Positions 13,988 through 28,300 of a stretch of 64,000 nucleotides of DNA are shown here, in pieces. The stretch comes from Octopus vulgaris. Its lineage: Eukaryota. The notes under the pieces are model-generated. The model was not told where the DNA came from and searched no databases. It saw only the letters and a list, made by a program, of their open reading frames with translations. Location of the stretch: positions 49,538,001 to 49,602,000 of the forward strand of contig OX597835.1 of the NCBI GenBank assembly GCA_951406725.2. Direction: 5' to 3'. How positions within the stretch are numbered: position 1 is the stretch's first letter; every line of letters begins with the position of its first letter. A program made the translations under genes and the position numbers.

Positions 13988-14292
13988 GAGGCGCAATGGC
14001 CTAGTGGTTAGGGCAGCGGACTCGCGGTCGTAGGATCGCGGTTTCGATTCCCAGACCGAGCGTTGTGAGTGTTTATTGAGCAAAAACACCTAAAGCTCCA
14101 CGAGGCTCCGGCAGGGGATGGTGGCGACCCCTGCTGTACTCTTTCGCCACAACTTTCTCTCACTCTTTCTTCTGTTGGCCTGCTCGCTTAGCCAGCGGGG
14201 TGGCGTCATTTGAAGGCTAAAACAATGCGAAGCGCATTGTGACCAGCGATGTGTAACAACATCTGATAGCCTAGTCGGTCACGGTGGTCACG

Positions 14293-14296
<4 letters not shown>
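13987..14296 (+). mobile_element. Apparently full-length tRNA-derived SINE (family B)
   Basis: A box TGGCCTAGTGG, B box GTTTCGATTCC, tRNA-like head, short repeated tail GGTCACGGT. Sits between (GT)n and (TA)n. Confidence 0.85.
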
Positions 14297-14360
<64 letters not shown>

Positions 14361-15019
14361 ACAAATGTTATAAGCTTAAGAGGAAGCCTGCACGTGTTCA
14401 CACACCCAGATAAAATAGCAGCCGAAATCTCCCTCCAATTATTTCTTACCGCTATGAAAAAGGAAGTGTCTTATTGAATGACACAGGCCTAGATAGACTT
14501 GCCTGAAGTTAAATCGATTTGATTACGGCTAGAATGCTTTGGTCTGCTTACCTGGGGTTGAATAACAACCTTATAAGGAAATAAATGAAAGAGAAAGAAA
14601 GAGAAATAATGAGGGTGGAAGAAGGAGGAATGAAAATGAAACGGGTTTGAGAAGGGTGTAGGGAGAGGATAGGTGAATGAAAAGAAGAAAACGGAATGCG
14701 CCGATTGAAGAAAGGTTATAGAGACATGAGAATCGAGAAGAATCGCAAAAAGAAGGAAGGAAGGAAGAATTAAAGATAAAATGGTTGATGGGAAGTCTGG
14801 AAACGGAAGTTAGACGTTGTCATTGGTAACAAACGGCATAACAAGAGACCTGGAGATGGGATTGAACCTGGTAATCTTTCTCTCCCTCTTTCTCTCTCTC
14901 TCTCTCTCACTCTCTCTCTCTCTTTCGCTTCCTCGTCGTCTACGTCCCTTTGTCTGCTTCCTCCCAAGGAGCTTCCCATCGTCATATTCATCATTATAAT
15001 CATCACCATCATCAATAAG

Positions 15020-15580
15020 AATGGTTTCAAATTTTGGCACAAGGCCAGCAATTTCAGGGTAGGGGTAAGTCGATTGCATCGACGTCAGTGTTCAACTGAT
15101 CCTTATTTTATCGACTCCGGAAAGATAAAAGGCAAAGTCGACCTTGCGGAATTGTAACTCAGAACGTAGCGACGGGGAAATACCGCTAAGCATTTCGTCC
15201 AGCGTGCGAACGATTCCGTCGGTTCTTTCTACGCATGGCCTGAAATTTTGGGGGAGGCTTTAAATCGATTACATCGAGCTGGTACTTAATTTATCGGCCC
15301 CGAAAAGATGAAGGGCAAAGCTGACCTCAGCGAAATTTGAACTCAGAACGTAGCGGGGGACCAAATACCTATTTCTTTACTACCCACAAGGAGCTAAACA
15401 CAGAGAGGACAAACATGGACAGACAAATGGATTAAGTCGATTATATTATTTAATCGACTCCGAAAGGATAAAAAGCAAAGTCGACCTCGGTGGAATTTGA
15501 ACTGAGAACGTGGCGGCAGATGAAATACCGCTAAGCATTTCGCCCGGCGTGCTAACGACTCTGCCAGCTCGCCACCTTAA
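15020..15580 (-). mobile_element. Three tandem or nested SINE family A copies with three different 3' tails
   Basis: The G(C)AAAGTCGACCT..AACTCAGAACG block occurs three times (~15135, ~15320, ~15480). Confidence 0.85.
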
Positions 15581-15599
15581 CATTATAATAACGAGAATG

Positions 15600-15810
15600 A
15601 AAAAGCGAGCTTGCAGCACGTTTAACACCTCGAACAAATTATTTAGCGGCAAATATTTCCAGCTTTTCGTACTGAGTTGAAATTCCAACGTGGTTACTTT
15701 TCCTTTTCATCATATTAAGATCGCTAACTAAAGTACCAGCTCAGCACTGGGGTCCATCTAATCGACTGGCTTCCGCCCCCTCGAAAATTTTTCAGGCCAT
15801 GTGCATAGGG
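15600..15810 (+). mobile_element. SINE family A, divergent copy head-to-head with the previous cluster
   Basis: GAGTTGAAATTCC..CCTTTTCATC..AAGTACCAGCTCAGCACTGGGGTC. Confidence 0.7.
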
Positions 15811-15868
<58 letters not shown>

Positions 15869-16247
15869 TACTGCTGTTGGTGACGGTGGTGTGGAACCCC
15901 GCATAGAATTCGATTGAATAGACTTATGATCAATTAAAAGACATTCGGCATATGGCCATCACGTCTGCTTTTGTATGGCCTTTCCTGTCAGAAGATGAAA
16001 GGGCACATGGGTGTATACACACACACACACACACACACACATGCGTGCGTGTGTATGTATTATGTATGTGGTCACACAGATTGATGAATGATATATTTAT
16101 ATATGTATATATATATATATATATATATACAAATACATACAAACACACACACACCTTTGGCGTTATCTATATGAATTGATACATCTGTGTTTATTATGTG
16201 TGTGTCTGAAAGGTGAGTTAGTGAGTGAGAGAATGAATGAATGAATG

Positions 16248-16290
<43 letters not shown>

Positions 16291-16388
16291 TCCTGTCGAT
16301 ATTGATTGTTCATCAAAGCTGACGCATATTAGGCCCCAAACAACATATGCACACAAGCATACATATGTACATATATACGAGTGTGTAT

Positions 16389-16422
<34 letters not shown>

Positions 16423-16572
16423 ACATACAAATATATAAATATATTTATATATATACATTATATATGCATCTATGCATGTACGTACGTATGCATGTATACA
16501 TATGCATACAATGCAGTTGTCTTTGCAATATATACAATATATAAATATATGTATATGTCTATATGTGTGTGC

Positions 16573-16614
<42 letters not shown>

Positions 16615-17180
16615 GTATGTATATTGCACAGACAACTGCCTTGTATATATGGACACACTCACACACATATGTATCTCTGTGTATACATATTCATGTACAT
16701 ACACATATGTATGTACATATATATATATATATATGAGTGAGTGTGTGTGTGTGTAGATCTATACATATACACATATATAAGTCTGTGCATATATACATAC
16801 ACAGACAGAAAGAGAGCGACGCACGCCAACCAACAGACAATCATGCAACGTCCAATGTCCGACTGCTCTTCTATATTATTGTGTGTATGAGTAGTTCAAG
16901 GCCAATAGAATGTGTCTATAAGTTCGGCCGTGTACAAAACAAGATGAATGGTCGAAAGACATCAGATTAAGTGACTGGTGGAGTTGAAGCGAAAGAATTA
17001 ATCTTTGTTACACCATTCCTCAAGGGGAATGGAACACCTCGCTTAAAAGACGATCCACGAATACAAAATAGCTTTGGCGGAACACAAACCTAGTCTATCT
17101 AATTCTCCTTCTTTCAACTTTCTGCATTTCTATCTGTCTGTCTCTATCTGATCTATCTCACTATATATCTATCTATCTTT

Positions 17181-17247
<67 letters not shown>

Positions 17248-17362
17248 GGCATATATATGTATGTATATATACACATACACACAAATAAAGAGATAGAGAT
17301 ATAGCATACATGATTATTCGGTTTTCGTGCAGACATGTACATAGATATATATGTGTATGCGT

Positions 17363-17450
<88 letters not shown>

Positions 17451-17959
17451 TAGGTAGTGTGTGTTTGTCTCACCCGTTTTTATTACTTTCGATTCCGTCT
17501 CCTTCATCTTCTCCCGCCATTTCCACAACTACCATCATCACCAACCACCACCACAACCCCTACCGCCACCATCAGCACCACCACAACCACAATCTGGCAT
17601 TCCCTCAAATCTAACATACAGCCGCCATGTCGCAATTCTTAGCTCCGCTCGATCGGTCGGTCCGCCATTATGATATACTTCAGTAACAAAAGCCACAACA
17701 ACAACAACAACAACAACAATAGTATCATCAAGAACGGCAACAACGATATCAACTATCGATGTATTGCAATAGTAGTAACAACATCAACAACAACAACAAT
17801 AATAGCAACAGCAATGTCCGGATTGTGACATAAGAATCTCGGTTTTCTGCCATCTTGTAGAGAGGTAATTACAAACGTGCAACACACACACTGGCTCAAC
17901 CAGACAAACGGGTTATACACATCGATGGCGGGGGGGGGGGGGTATATATATAAATATGC

Positions 17960-17998
<39 letters not shown>

Positions 17999-18256
17999 TG
18001 TATATAAACGAATGTGTATTTATATATATATACGCATTTGTAAATATATGCATATATCGATATATATGTGTGTGTGTGCCTATATATAATATGTATATAC
18101 ATATGTAGATATATGTATATACGAATATGTATGTGTACACGGATGTGTGTGTGTGTGTGTGTGCGTGTGCTAATCTCGTTGGTCACTCAATCAGAACAGT
18201 TCTTCTCCCCAAGCACTCACTCAAGACCACACTCTCTATATATCCTCTCTATCACT

Positions 18257-18296
<40 letters not shown>

Positions 18297-18347
18297 ACAT
18301 CTGTTTCCTCCCCTCCAGCTGTATCTGCCTCTTTGTCTCTCTTCACT

Positions 18348-18388
<41 letters not shown>

Positions 18389-19358
18389 CAATCTCTTTCT
18401 GATTCCTGCTGCTACAAATCTAACATCACTCTCCCTCTTTCTGACCTACTTCGCCCATCAATCGTTTGCCGACCCGCCGCCCCTTGCCTAACCATTCACT
18501 GCCTACCATCACCAACCACTGCCAAATATACCAGTTCATGTGGATGAGCCGGTGATCGCGAATCTCACAACACAGTCGCTACAATTTCATGAAATAGCAG
18601 CGAGACCTTCTTTCAAATCTGGCTCTGTTTCTCATTCGCCTTCCAAATGGAAGCTCGTATTGGATTATATTGTGTTACACCAAAATATCCGTAACGCCGT
18701 TTAGCACTGATCTGTTTAGTTAATCTGTTGATCAAGGATGACCAGGAGTTAAGCCACAACTGCAACAGCAACAATCGTTTGACATGTCGATATATAGCTG
18801 TGTAACAAGCATTGTTAACATGTTTGTGGGATTTGTCCGAATAACACACGCGCTGTTTGTGTATCTAGCTACATAACTGTCTGTCTGTGTATCTACCTAT
18901 CAATCGATGCATGTATATCTGCATTCACACACACAAACACACACACACACTCAGGTGAGCACATAAGTGTAGAACAGGATGGAAAAATTAGTACTCGAAT
19001 ACCGAAAGTAGAGTAATATGCTTCTGTTAAAGCTGCAATGTTATCACAAGATTGTTACTCAGAGTTTCACGTCCCTGTTTTTAAAAGACCATCAAATTAC
19101 CAGTGGTTATTGAACCTGACTCGGGTCTTATACCACACGACTAACTGTTTTATCTTTTTCTTGTCAGCGTATGAGCTGAGGTAGATTTTGTTACCATCCT
19201 TAGCAGATAAAGTAAGTGCATAGAGAGTCCCTCATTGGTGGCGGTGGCGTTGGATGGCATCGGTGGCTTGTTCTGGTAGAATAGCATGGCGACGGACGGT
19301 TGTAGCGGCAAAGGTGGCAGCGGTGGTATGGAACTGGTGTATTTGTAAAACCGATCAC

Positions 19359-19420
<62 letters not shown>

Positions 19421-19756
19421 GATGCTGGTAGTGTTGGCGGCAAGGGTAGTGATGGCTGTCACGTGTCCATGGTGGTGGCGGTGATTCCGGTGTGATGTAG
19501 TAGCAATATGTCCCTTCTTACACGGACCAAGTGACACAACTAATCAATCAATTTATTACTGACAACAAAATCGAACAATTAATAATATTTCTTTCACTTT
19601 TTCGCTTTTTCTTTATTGCTTCGTTCATTTTATTTCCTTTCAATTCGTCGTAAATTTCCTTCCTTTTCATCTCCATTTTCGTTCAATTATTCATTCAAAT
19701 TTTATCATCATAATCATCACCGTCATCATCATCAACAGCAATAGCAACGACACCGT

Positions 19757-19763
19757 CTTTCTT

Positions 19764-19794
<31 letters not shown>

Positions 19795-19819
19795 TTATTA
19801 TTATTATTATTATTATTAT

Positions 19820-19873
<54 letters not shown>

Positions 19874-20035
19874 CAGCAGTAGTAGTAGAAAGTGGTATTA
19901 TCATTTCAACGACTACAACTATTGCTAATATTATTATTACCAGTAATATTAATAACGTTGTAATTGTTGTTGTTATTATTATCATTATCAGTATTATCAT
20001 TATCATTATTATTATTATCATTATTATTATTATTA

Positions 20036-20096
<61 letters not shown>

Positions 20097-20122
20097 CATT
20101 ATTATTATTATTATTATTATTA

Positions 20123-20195
<73 letters not shown>

Positions 20196-20425
20196 TATTA
20201 TTATTATTATTATTATTATTATCATTATTATTATCATTATTATTATTATTATCATCATCATCATCATCATCATTATTGTTATTATTATTATTTCTACTAC
20301 TGCAATCATTGTTATTATTATTATCATTTTTACTATTTCTGTTGTTTTCTTATCTGTCTTCTTCTTCTTCTTCTTCTTCTTCTTCTTCTTCTTCTTCTTC
20401 TTCTTCTTCTTTTTCTTCTTCTTCT
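19757..20425. repeat. Large compound trinucleotide microsatellite (CTT/ATT/AGT/ATC)
   Basis: Direct reading. Confidence 0.97.
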
Positions 20426-20740
20426 CTTTCTTCATTCATTGATCTTTCTCTTCCTTCCCCCATCCCTTCCCACCTCATGCATCTATTTTGTTTTCCTTCT
20501 TCTTTCCCTGTTCCTTTTATCTTTTTTCTTTTACCTTTACATTTCTCTCTCCATATTTTTTTCTTCATAATTTCTTTATTATCTTCTTAAACATTCTTTC
20601 TGTATCCACCATGGCCTCTTTGCGTGTGTGTGTGTGTGTATGTGTGTGTGTGTGTGTGTTCTTGAGTCGTTATAGTTATCTCCCTTCCTAATCTCCTCAC
20701 TCTCACTATACAGACAAACATATACATACATACATACACG

Positions 20741-20772
<32 letters not shown>

Positions 20773-21016
20773 CATATATTTATACATAATATATACATAT
20801 ATATACGGATACATATGTACATATACATACATGGTAAATGTATATGCAAGTATGCATGTATGTATTTTTATACGTATGCATGTATATATACATATGCATC
20901 TAAATTTGTATGTATATATAGATACAGATACATATATATATATATGCATATATAAGCACACATATATATATACCTATTTGTATATGTGTGTGTATATACA
21001 TATGCATCTATATTTG

Positions 21017-21068
<52 letters not shown>

Positions 21069-21184
21069 TATATATATACATATACATATATATGTATGCA
21101 TGTATATATACCTATGCATCTATATTTGTGTATGTATGTATATATAATATTTGTATGTGCATACATACATACATACATCTATAT

Positions 21185-21217
21185 ATATGTATGTATGTAT
21201 GTATGTATGCATGTATG

Positions 21218-21251
<34 letters not shown>

Positions 21252-21615
21252 TGCATGTGTGTATGTATGTATGTATGCATGTATGTATGTATGTATGTAT
21301 GTATGCATGTATGTATGTATGTATGTATGTATGCATGTATGTATGTATGCATGTATGTATGTATGTATGTATGTATGTATGCATGTATGTATATATGTAT
21401 GTATGTATGCATGTATGTATGTATGTATGTATGTATGTATGTATGTATGTATGTATGTATGTATGTATGTATGTATGTATGTATGTATGTATGTATGTAT
21501 GTATGTATGCATGTATGTATGTATGTATGTATGTATGCATGTATGTATGTATGCATGTATGTATGTATGTATGTATGTATGTATGTATGTATGTATGTAT
21601 GTATGTATGTATGTA
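21185..21615. repeat. (ATGT)n/(ATGC) tetranucleotide array
   Basis: Direct reading. Confidence 0.97.
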
Positions 21616-21739
21616 TCTGCGCACACATATCAAAATAGATAGAGGGTTCCAAACGTACGTAAATGCCTGTCTACAAGTGAATACGTCAGACCTTCACTGC
21701 ACCGCCATATTAGCTTAATTCGATATAAACACACACACA

Positions 21740-21784
<45 letters not shown>

Positions 21785-22013
21785 ACCTACCACGTTTAAT
21801 TGATTCTTTCTTTTCTTTCGACTCTCACCATTTTCTGCATTTACTGCTTTTTATTTTCCTTCATACATTTTTGTAGTTGTTGTTGTTCGTCAAATTCGTC
21901 TTCTCCTCCTCCTCCATCTTCTTCCTGCCCCTCCTATTTCTTCTTATTACTATCATTATCAATTTTAGTAGTATTAGTAGTAGTAGTATTAGTATTATTA
22001 GTATTATTATTAT

Positions 22014-22054
<41 letters not shown>

Positions 22055-22161
22055 GTAGTAGTAGTAGTATTAAAATTTTATTATTTTTAATCTCTTTCTC
22101 ATTCTCTCCTTTATGTGTACATGAGTGCTTATATATTTACATGTATGTGTGTATATGTATG

Positions 22162-22220
<59 letters not shown>

Positions 22221-22418
22221 ATCTATATACATACATGCAGTACGTATGTTTTAATCAGCTCCGTTCTTCATACATATGTTGCAAACATTTTCTAATTTTC
22301 TTCAAGTATTCTCGTTTTCTTCATTATCTCCTCCGTTTTTTCCATATTATATCTTTCACACACATGCACACATATGAGACACATGTATGCTTATTATGCA
22401 TGTAATGTGTGTGTCTTT

Positions 22419-22469
<51 letters not shown>

Positions 22470-22721
22470 GACATACATATATGTTTATGTGTGTTTGTTT
22501 TTTTCAGTTTCTTTCATTATTCTCCATCCGCCACGGTTTTTATTTATATCCGCCATTTTGTTTTATTATATTTTCCTTTCTCTTTTCTTTTCACACAATA
22601 ATTTATCCTGGCGTTTCTTTCTCTCATCCTTCTTTCATTTCTTTTTTCATTGAATCACGTCCTTCTTTTCTTCCTTCTCATTCCTTCTAATCTTTTCTCT
22701 TTAGTTCTCTCTTCTTCATTT

Positions 22722-22795
<74 letters not shown>

Positions 22796-22820
22796 CTGTT
22801 GTCTTTTTCCGTTTACACAC

Positions 22821-22858
<38 letters not shown>

Positions 22859-22867
22859 GTAGGTAGG

Positions 22868-22944
<77 letters not shown>

Positions 22945-23567
22945 GGATAGATACAGACCTACATGCCTGTTCATGAGTATATGTATGTGTGTACATCTGT
23001 CTAATTTGCCTGACATTTTTGGCCGCCATCTTGCTCTATCAATCTACCTTTTCCGTTAACATTTCCTTTTTAACGTCATTTATTTCTTTCTCCTTGTTCT
23101 CAATTTCTCTTTTCTTTCTTTGGCGTTTTCAATCATAGTTTCATTCATATTCTTATTCGAAATATCGATTTTTCATTTCTCACTAATAACTCTTTCTAAT
23201 ACTGTTGGCCATCGAGTGATTTTTTTTTTAATCGAATATTCTCTTATTCAAGATTTCTGTCTTTCATTTTGTTTATGACTTAATTATATACATCCATCTA
23301 TCAATCCAGCTATCAGTCTATCATCTATCTATCCATATATCCTATACCGCTTTTTATATCCATCTCTTTGCCCAACTGTTTGCATTTACCTCCTCGTATC
23401 TATCGGTCTATCCTTATATATATATGTGTGTGTGTGTGTGTGCGTGTGTGCGTATTTCTGTTTTATGTACGTGTATATATGTATATATCTATCTACCTAT
23501 CTAATTATTCATCTCTCCTGTCTCACGGACTCCATATATCTACCCACTCCTCTACATAGTCATCTCT

Positions 23568-23669
<102 letters not shown>

Positions 23670-24098
23670 TATATGAAGGCGAGCAGATTATAGGTAGATG
23701 GACAAATAGATACATACATATATAGAAAGATAGATAGACAGATAGATAGATATGTTTGCCACTCCAGATATTCTTCTAACTTCTCCCTCTCTTCCTCACC
23801 ACCTCTCTTTCTCCAACGCCATCTCTCTCTCCCTCGCTCTTTTCCTCTCTCTCTCTCTCTTTCTGCCTTTCTCTGTCCATCTTCCTTTTTTCTTTCAGTA
23901 TACATACATATGTATACATATACATATAAGTGTGACTGTGTGTGTGTGTGTGTGTACGCATGTATGTATATATGTACCAAACCATGTAGATGTCTATCCT
24001 TTAATCCATCTATCCATCATCAGTCGCAGCATCCACTCATCCATCATCTATCCACATACTAACATACTAATAGAACATACACACACACACCACACACA

Positions 24099-24156
<58 letters not shown>

Positions 24157-24283
24157 GTACACAAAGCTGGTGCAACGTCCCTCACCCCTGCCACACCCTC
24201 TCCGACCACAATGTCTGCTCTAGATTATTGTTTCTGATTAATTTAGCACTCAGCCAATCTGACTTAGATCCGTTCGCTTCGTT

Positions 24284-24337
<54 letters not shown>

Positions 24338-25268
24338 ATTTGAAGATGCAGACATAGTGATACTTTGAGTGTATCGTTATTTGCGTGTGGGTAGGAGGCT
24401 GAATGAGTACGGCTCCTGTGTGCGCGCACTTGCGTGTGTGTCTGACTGTGATTCACGGCTAACCCGGAAACGTATACAGTCTCACGCAAACATGTATCCA
24501 TGCAGCCTGTATGAGCGTGCACGTATATATATGGCTGTGTATATGTATACCCACATATCACATGCACACACATATATGTATATCTATATAAATATGCATA
24601 TATATATATATATACATATATAAGCATGTGTATGTGTATATATAAGCAATTGTGCGTGTGAATATTCAATGAATGAAGGTAGGCAAACATGCGTGTATAT
24701 GTTTCTGCGTCCTTGTATCTGCATCGTGATGCATCCCATGATATTGTTGTTGTTGTTGCTGTTGCAGCCTCGGTTTATTGGCATTCTCAATATTTGTAAT
24801 TACCATCCTAAAGGTTGGAACCATTCCTACATCCATACGTGTATTTCTCTATCTTCAATGTCTTTATTGATATTGTACTTGTTTCTGATGAGGTGGTGGG
24901 GTTGTTATTGGCGGGGGCGGTGGTGGTGACGATGTAAGTTGCGGTGGTTACTGGTCAGTGTTGGTAAACCATCATCTCAGGTCAAATACTTTTGTATGTT
25001 TGACTATGGAGACACGTGCACACGCACACATACCTACACACAAACACAAACACGAGTACACACACAAACACCAATATATATAAATAAAAAGGAGTTTGTA
25101 TGATTGTGTATAGAGGGATATATATTATTCAAAGGAATTCCAACTCTGTTTTTTATGTTTTATTTATATTCTTTATAACATTAATGTAGAATATAGAATA
25201 TATAGTAAAATGAAATGAAGTATTGATTGTCTTATTGAATAGAGGAAATATTCAATATCAAATATTAA

Positions 25269-25312
25269 GGGACTAGTATACTTTCTTGCACATAAGCAGT
25301 CTTCAAGGTCCC
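25269..25312 (-). ncRNA. Minimal type I hammerhead ribozyme-like motif
   Basis: Minus strand: GGGAC-CTTGAAGA-C-TGC-ttatgt-GCA-A-GAA-AGTATACT-A-GTCCC. Perfect 5-bp stem I, palindromic stem III, one extra U in the CUGANGA core. Confidence 0.65.
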
Positions 25313-25359
25313 AGGTTGTGACAGGAGCGTTTCAACTGTGTGTATATATATATATATAT

Positions 25360-25955
25360 GATGGCTGCCCCCTCATTATCGAGTATGGCCATTGCACGAA
25401 GCTTAACTGTTACTGGTGCTGTGATCAAATGTGACTTTTTAGCCCAGCTAAAGATCTACAATGTCTTGTGCAGAATTGGCAACTAAAACCTTTACCGGTA
25501 ATAGCCGGCTGTAGTTGTAACTGGGCTTCATGTACCTTTGCATGTCGTTTAAATCCTCCTGCCGAATTACACTCTCTTCCACATGCCCGACAGATATGAT
25601 TAGTATGGAGTGTAACACCACCACCAGTGGCCAGGTCTCTGTCTCGCTTTATAACTACGAAGATGACTCTTGAGTCCAGCTTTATTGAGGCAGAGTCTTG
25701 CACAGACACTGCATGTCAGCATCATAGGAAGACCCTTCCCATCTGGAAGTGCAACAGCGATGCCCTTCCTGACATCCCTCCTTACTTTCTCATGTGCAAC
25801 TCGAAATTTTTCAAAAGTGGCTGTCCCCTCGTGCACAATCCTTCTCCACTTGCTACGATCAATAGCTATGCCTTCCCATGTGTCAAGAGAGAGGCAAGCA
25901 TCTCTTAAGGAAATTTTCAGCAAGTCCTTATACCTCTTTTTATATCTCTCTCTGT
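25360..25955 (-). mobile_element. 3' fragment of an RTE-type LINE with three C-terminal C2H2 zinc fingers, frameshifted
   Basis: KKRYKDLLKISL..WEGIAIDRSKWR is the typical RTE C-terminal signature. It is followed by CSVC..KSHLRSY, CRAC..KRHAKVH and CQFC..KSHI across ORFs 25600-25986 and 25425-25709, then a short 3'UTR and (TA)n. Confidence 0.8.
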
Positions 25956-26102
25956 GAAGCCGTCCAGCCCATGCCAATGTGCACAACGGGCTTTAAATGA
26001 GGATGGTGAGGATGATGATGATGATATATATACATTTAAATACATAAATGTATGCAAGTATATAAGAGTATATACATAGATGTACACCGGTAGGTAGGTA
26101 GG

Positions 26103-26183
<81 letters not shown>

Positions 26184-26536
26184 GATAGATGGATGGATGG
26201 ATGGATGAATGAATGAATGGATGGATGGATGGATGGATAGATGGATAGATATGTATATATATATGTGTATTTATACCTATATATGTATGTATATATGCTC
26301 ACATACACATATATATGTACACACGCACACAAAAACACGCTCGTTCACAAATACAGTAATATATAATCTGTATAACCGAACAACTGTGGACCTTATGTAA
26401 GGTCTACATTTGTAAGGTTACACATGTATATTTGTATAAATGCGTAAGAATGTCATGTGTGTCTATGTATTTTTGTACATATAACGTTTGTTTATATAAG
26501 ATGCCTATATGAAACAGACATACACATATACATACA

Positions 26537-26581
<45 letters not shown>

Positions 26582-26730
26582 CTATATATATGTGTATATA
26601 TTTATATATGTAGACATGTGTGCGTCTGTGTACATAAATATATATACCTGCATATCTATATATATACATACATATATATATACATATATACATATATATA
26701 TATATACATATATACATATATGTACATATA

Positions 26731-26809
<79 letters not shown>

Positions 26810-27404
26810 TCATACATACATACATTCTTGTGTTTGTGTGTTTGTCTATTGCTTATGTAACTTTACTTTTGTGAAAACGGGACGTAAGAAGAAGAAAAGG
26901 ATACTTGCGAGTGTGTGTGTGAGCAACTTTTGAAAGAAGACGATCAGCATTGAGGGAAATTCTGAAGATTTTTGTAACTGAGAATATCTGGAGTGCATGT
27001 CTTAAAAAGGTGTATATTCCTTGGGGACGAGGGACTGTGAGAGTTAGGCCCCACCCTCAGCACAAACAAAACAATGTTTCATTTCTTTTCCCCTCTTTAT
27101 CTCTCCTCCTCCTTTCTCTCCCACCCCATTGTCTCCTCTCTCTCTCATCCATCCGTCAGTGTCTGTATAGCCTTATATCTAAGTAATTAGCTGATGACAT
27201 AAACCCATGTATATACATACTAATGTATTTTTTAAAAATCTATGTCATCAGCTCCATACTAAAATATATATTAAGGGGAGAGATAGTGAGGTTCTTATTT
27301 ATATGTTCATACATACAATTATGTAAATTCGCATATGTACAGACGAAAGTTTTCGATAAGCTTTTCAAATCAGTGAAAGCAGAGATCCTTTGTTTCACCA
27401 AATA

Positions 27405-27840
27405 ATGTTGGCTTCACTTGTTCGCACAAGGCCAGCAATTTTGGAGAGGTGTGAAATCGGCTACATCGACCTCAGTGCTAAGAAGAAGAAGAATAGTAAG
27501 CATTTCTACTAAAGGCACAAGGTCTGAAATTTAGGGGTTGGAGATAGTCGATTACATCGACCCCAGTACTTAATTGATACTTGTTTTATCGATTCCGAAA
27601 GGATAAAAGGTAAAGTCGACCTCGGCAGCATTTGAAATCAGAACATATGGCCGGGGGAAATGCCGCAGAGGGAGGGAGCTAGATTCGTCGCGAAGGGTTC
27701 AGTTGATATACTTTACCCCAATACTGAACTGGTCCTTTAGATGTAAGCTAAATTTCGTCACGGCTGAATTTGAAACCAGAACGTAAACACCGAAACGAAT
27801 ACCGCAAGCATAGCGCCCGCTGCTCTACCATTTCTGCCAT
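27405..27840 (-). mobile_element. Cluster of 2-3 SINE family A copies or fragments
   Basis: GTCGATTACATCGACCCCAG..GAAAGGATAAAAGGTAAAGTCGACCTCGG. Confidence 0.75.
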
Positions 27841-28010
27841 GGATGATGAATGGGTGGGGGAGGGGCACTACAAAGACAAGTTAATAAGGATTAAGAACAG
27901 ATTATGAACAGAGAGCCACCTTGGTAGGCAAACAGACAGGCAAATAGATAGATAGACAGATAGATAAATAGATAGACAGATAGACAGATAGATAGATAGA
28001 TAGATAGATA

Positions 28011-28221
28011 ACTTTCTTTTATTAGCCACACAGGGCTGAATACAGAGGGGACAAATACAAATGCAGAGCTTTTCTTTTCGAGGGTGGAAAAAAATAAAAA
28101 TGTAAGATTGCGATCAAAAGGGATCGAGAGGAGGAAAAAAAAAGGAAAAAAAGAAAATCGTGTATCACAGAAATAATGGTGTAAACATTGATATAACAAG
28201 ATTGGGTTCATCCGTGGGAAG

Positions 28222-28223
<2 letters not shown>
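28011..28223 (-). mobile_element. 3' end of an unclassified non-LTR element inserted in a (GATA)n tract
   Basis: About 210 nt of unique sequence splits a (GATA)n array. The minus strand ends TTTGTCCCCTCTGTATTCAGCCCTGTGTGGCTAATAAAAGAAA; a similar tail is at 15371-15413. Confidence 0.6.

Positions 28224-28300
<77 letters not shown>

Noticed and set aside
13987-14060. tRNA gene
   Set aside because: A and B boxes are present but there is no acceptor stem or terminator; it continues into a SINE body.
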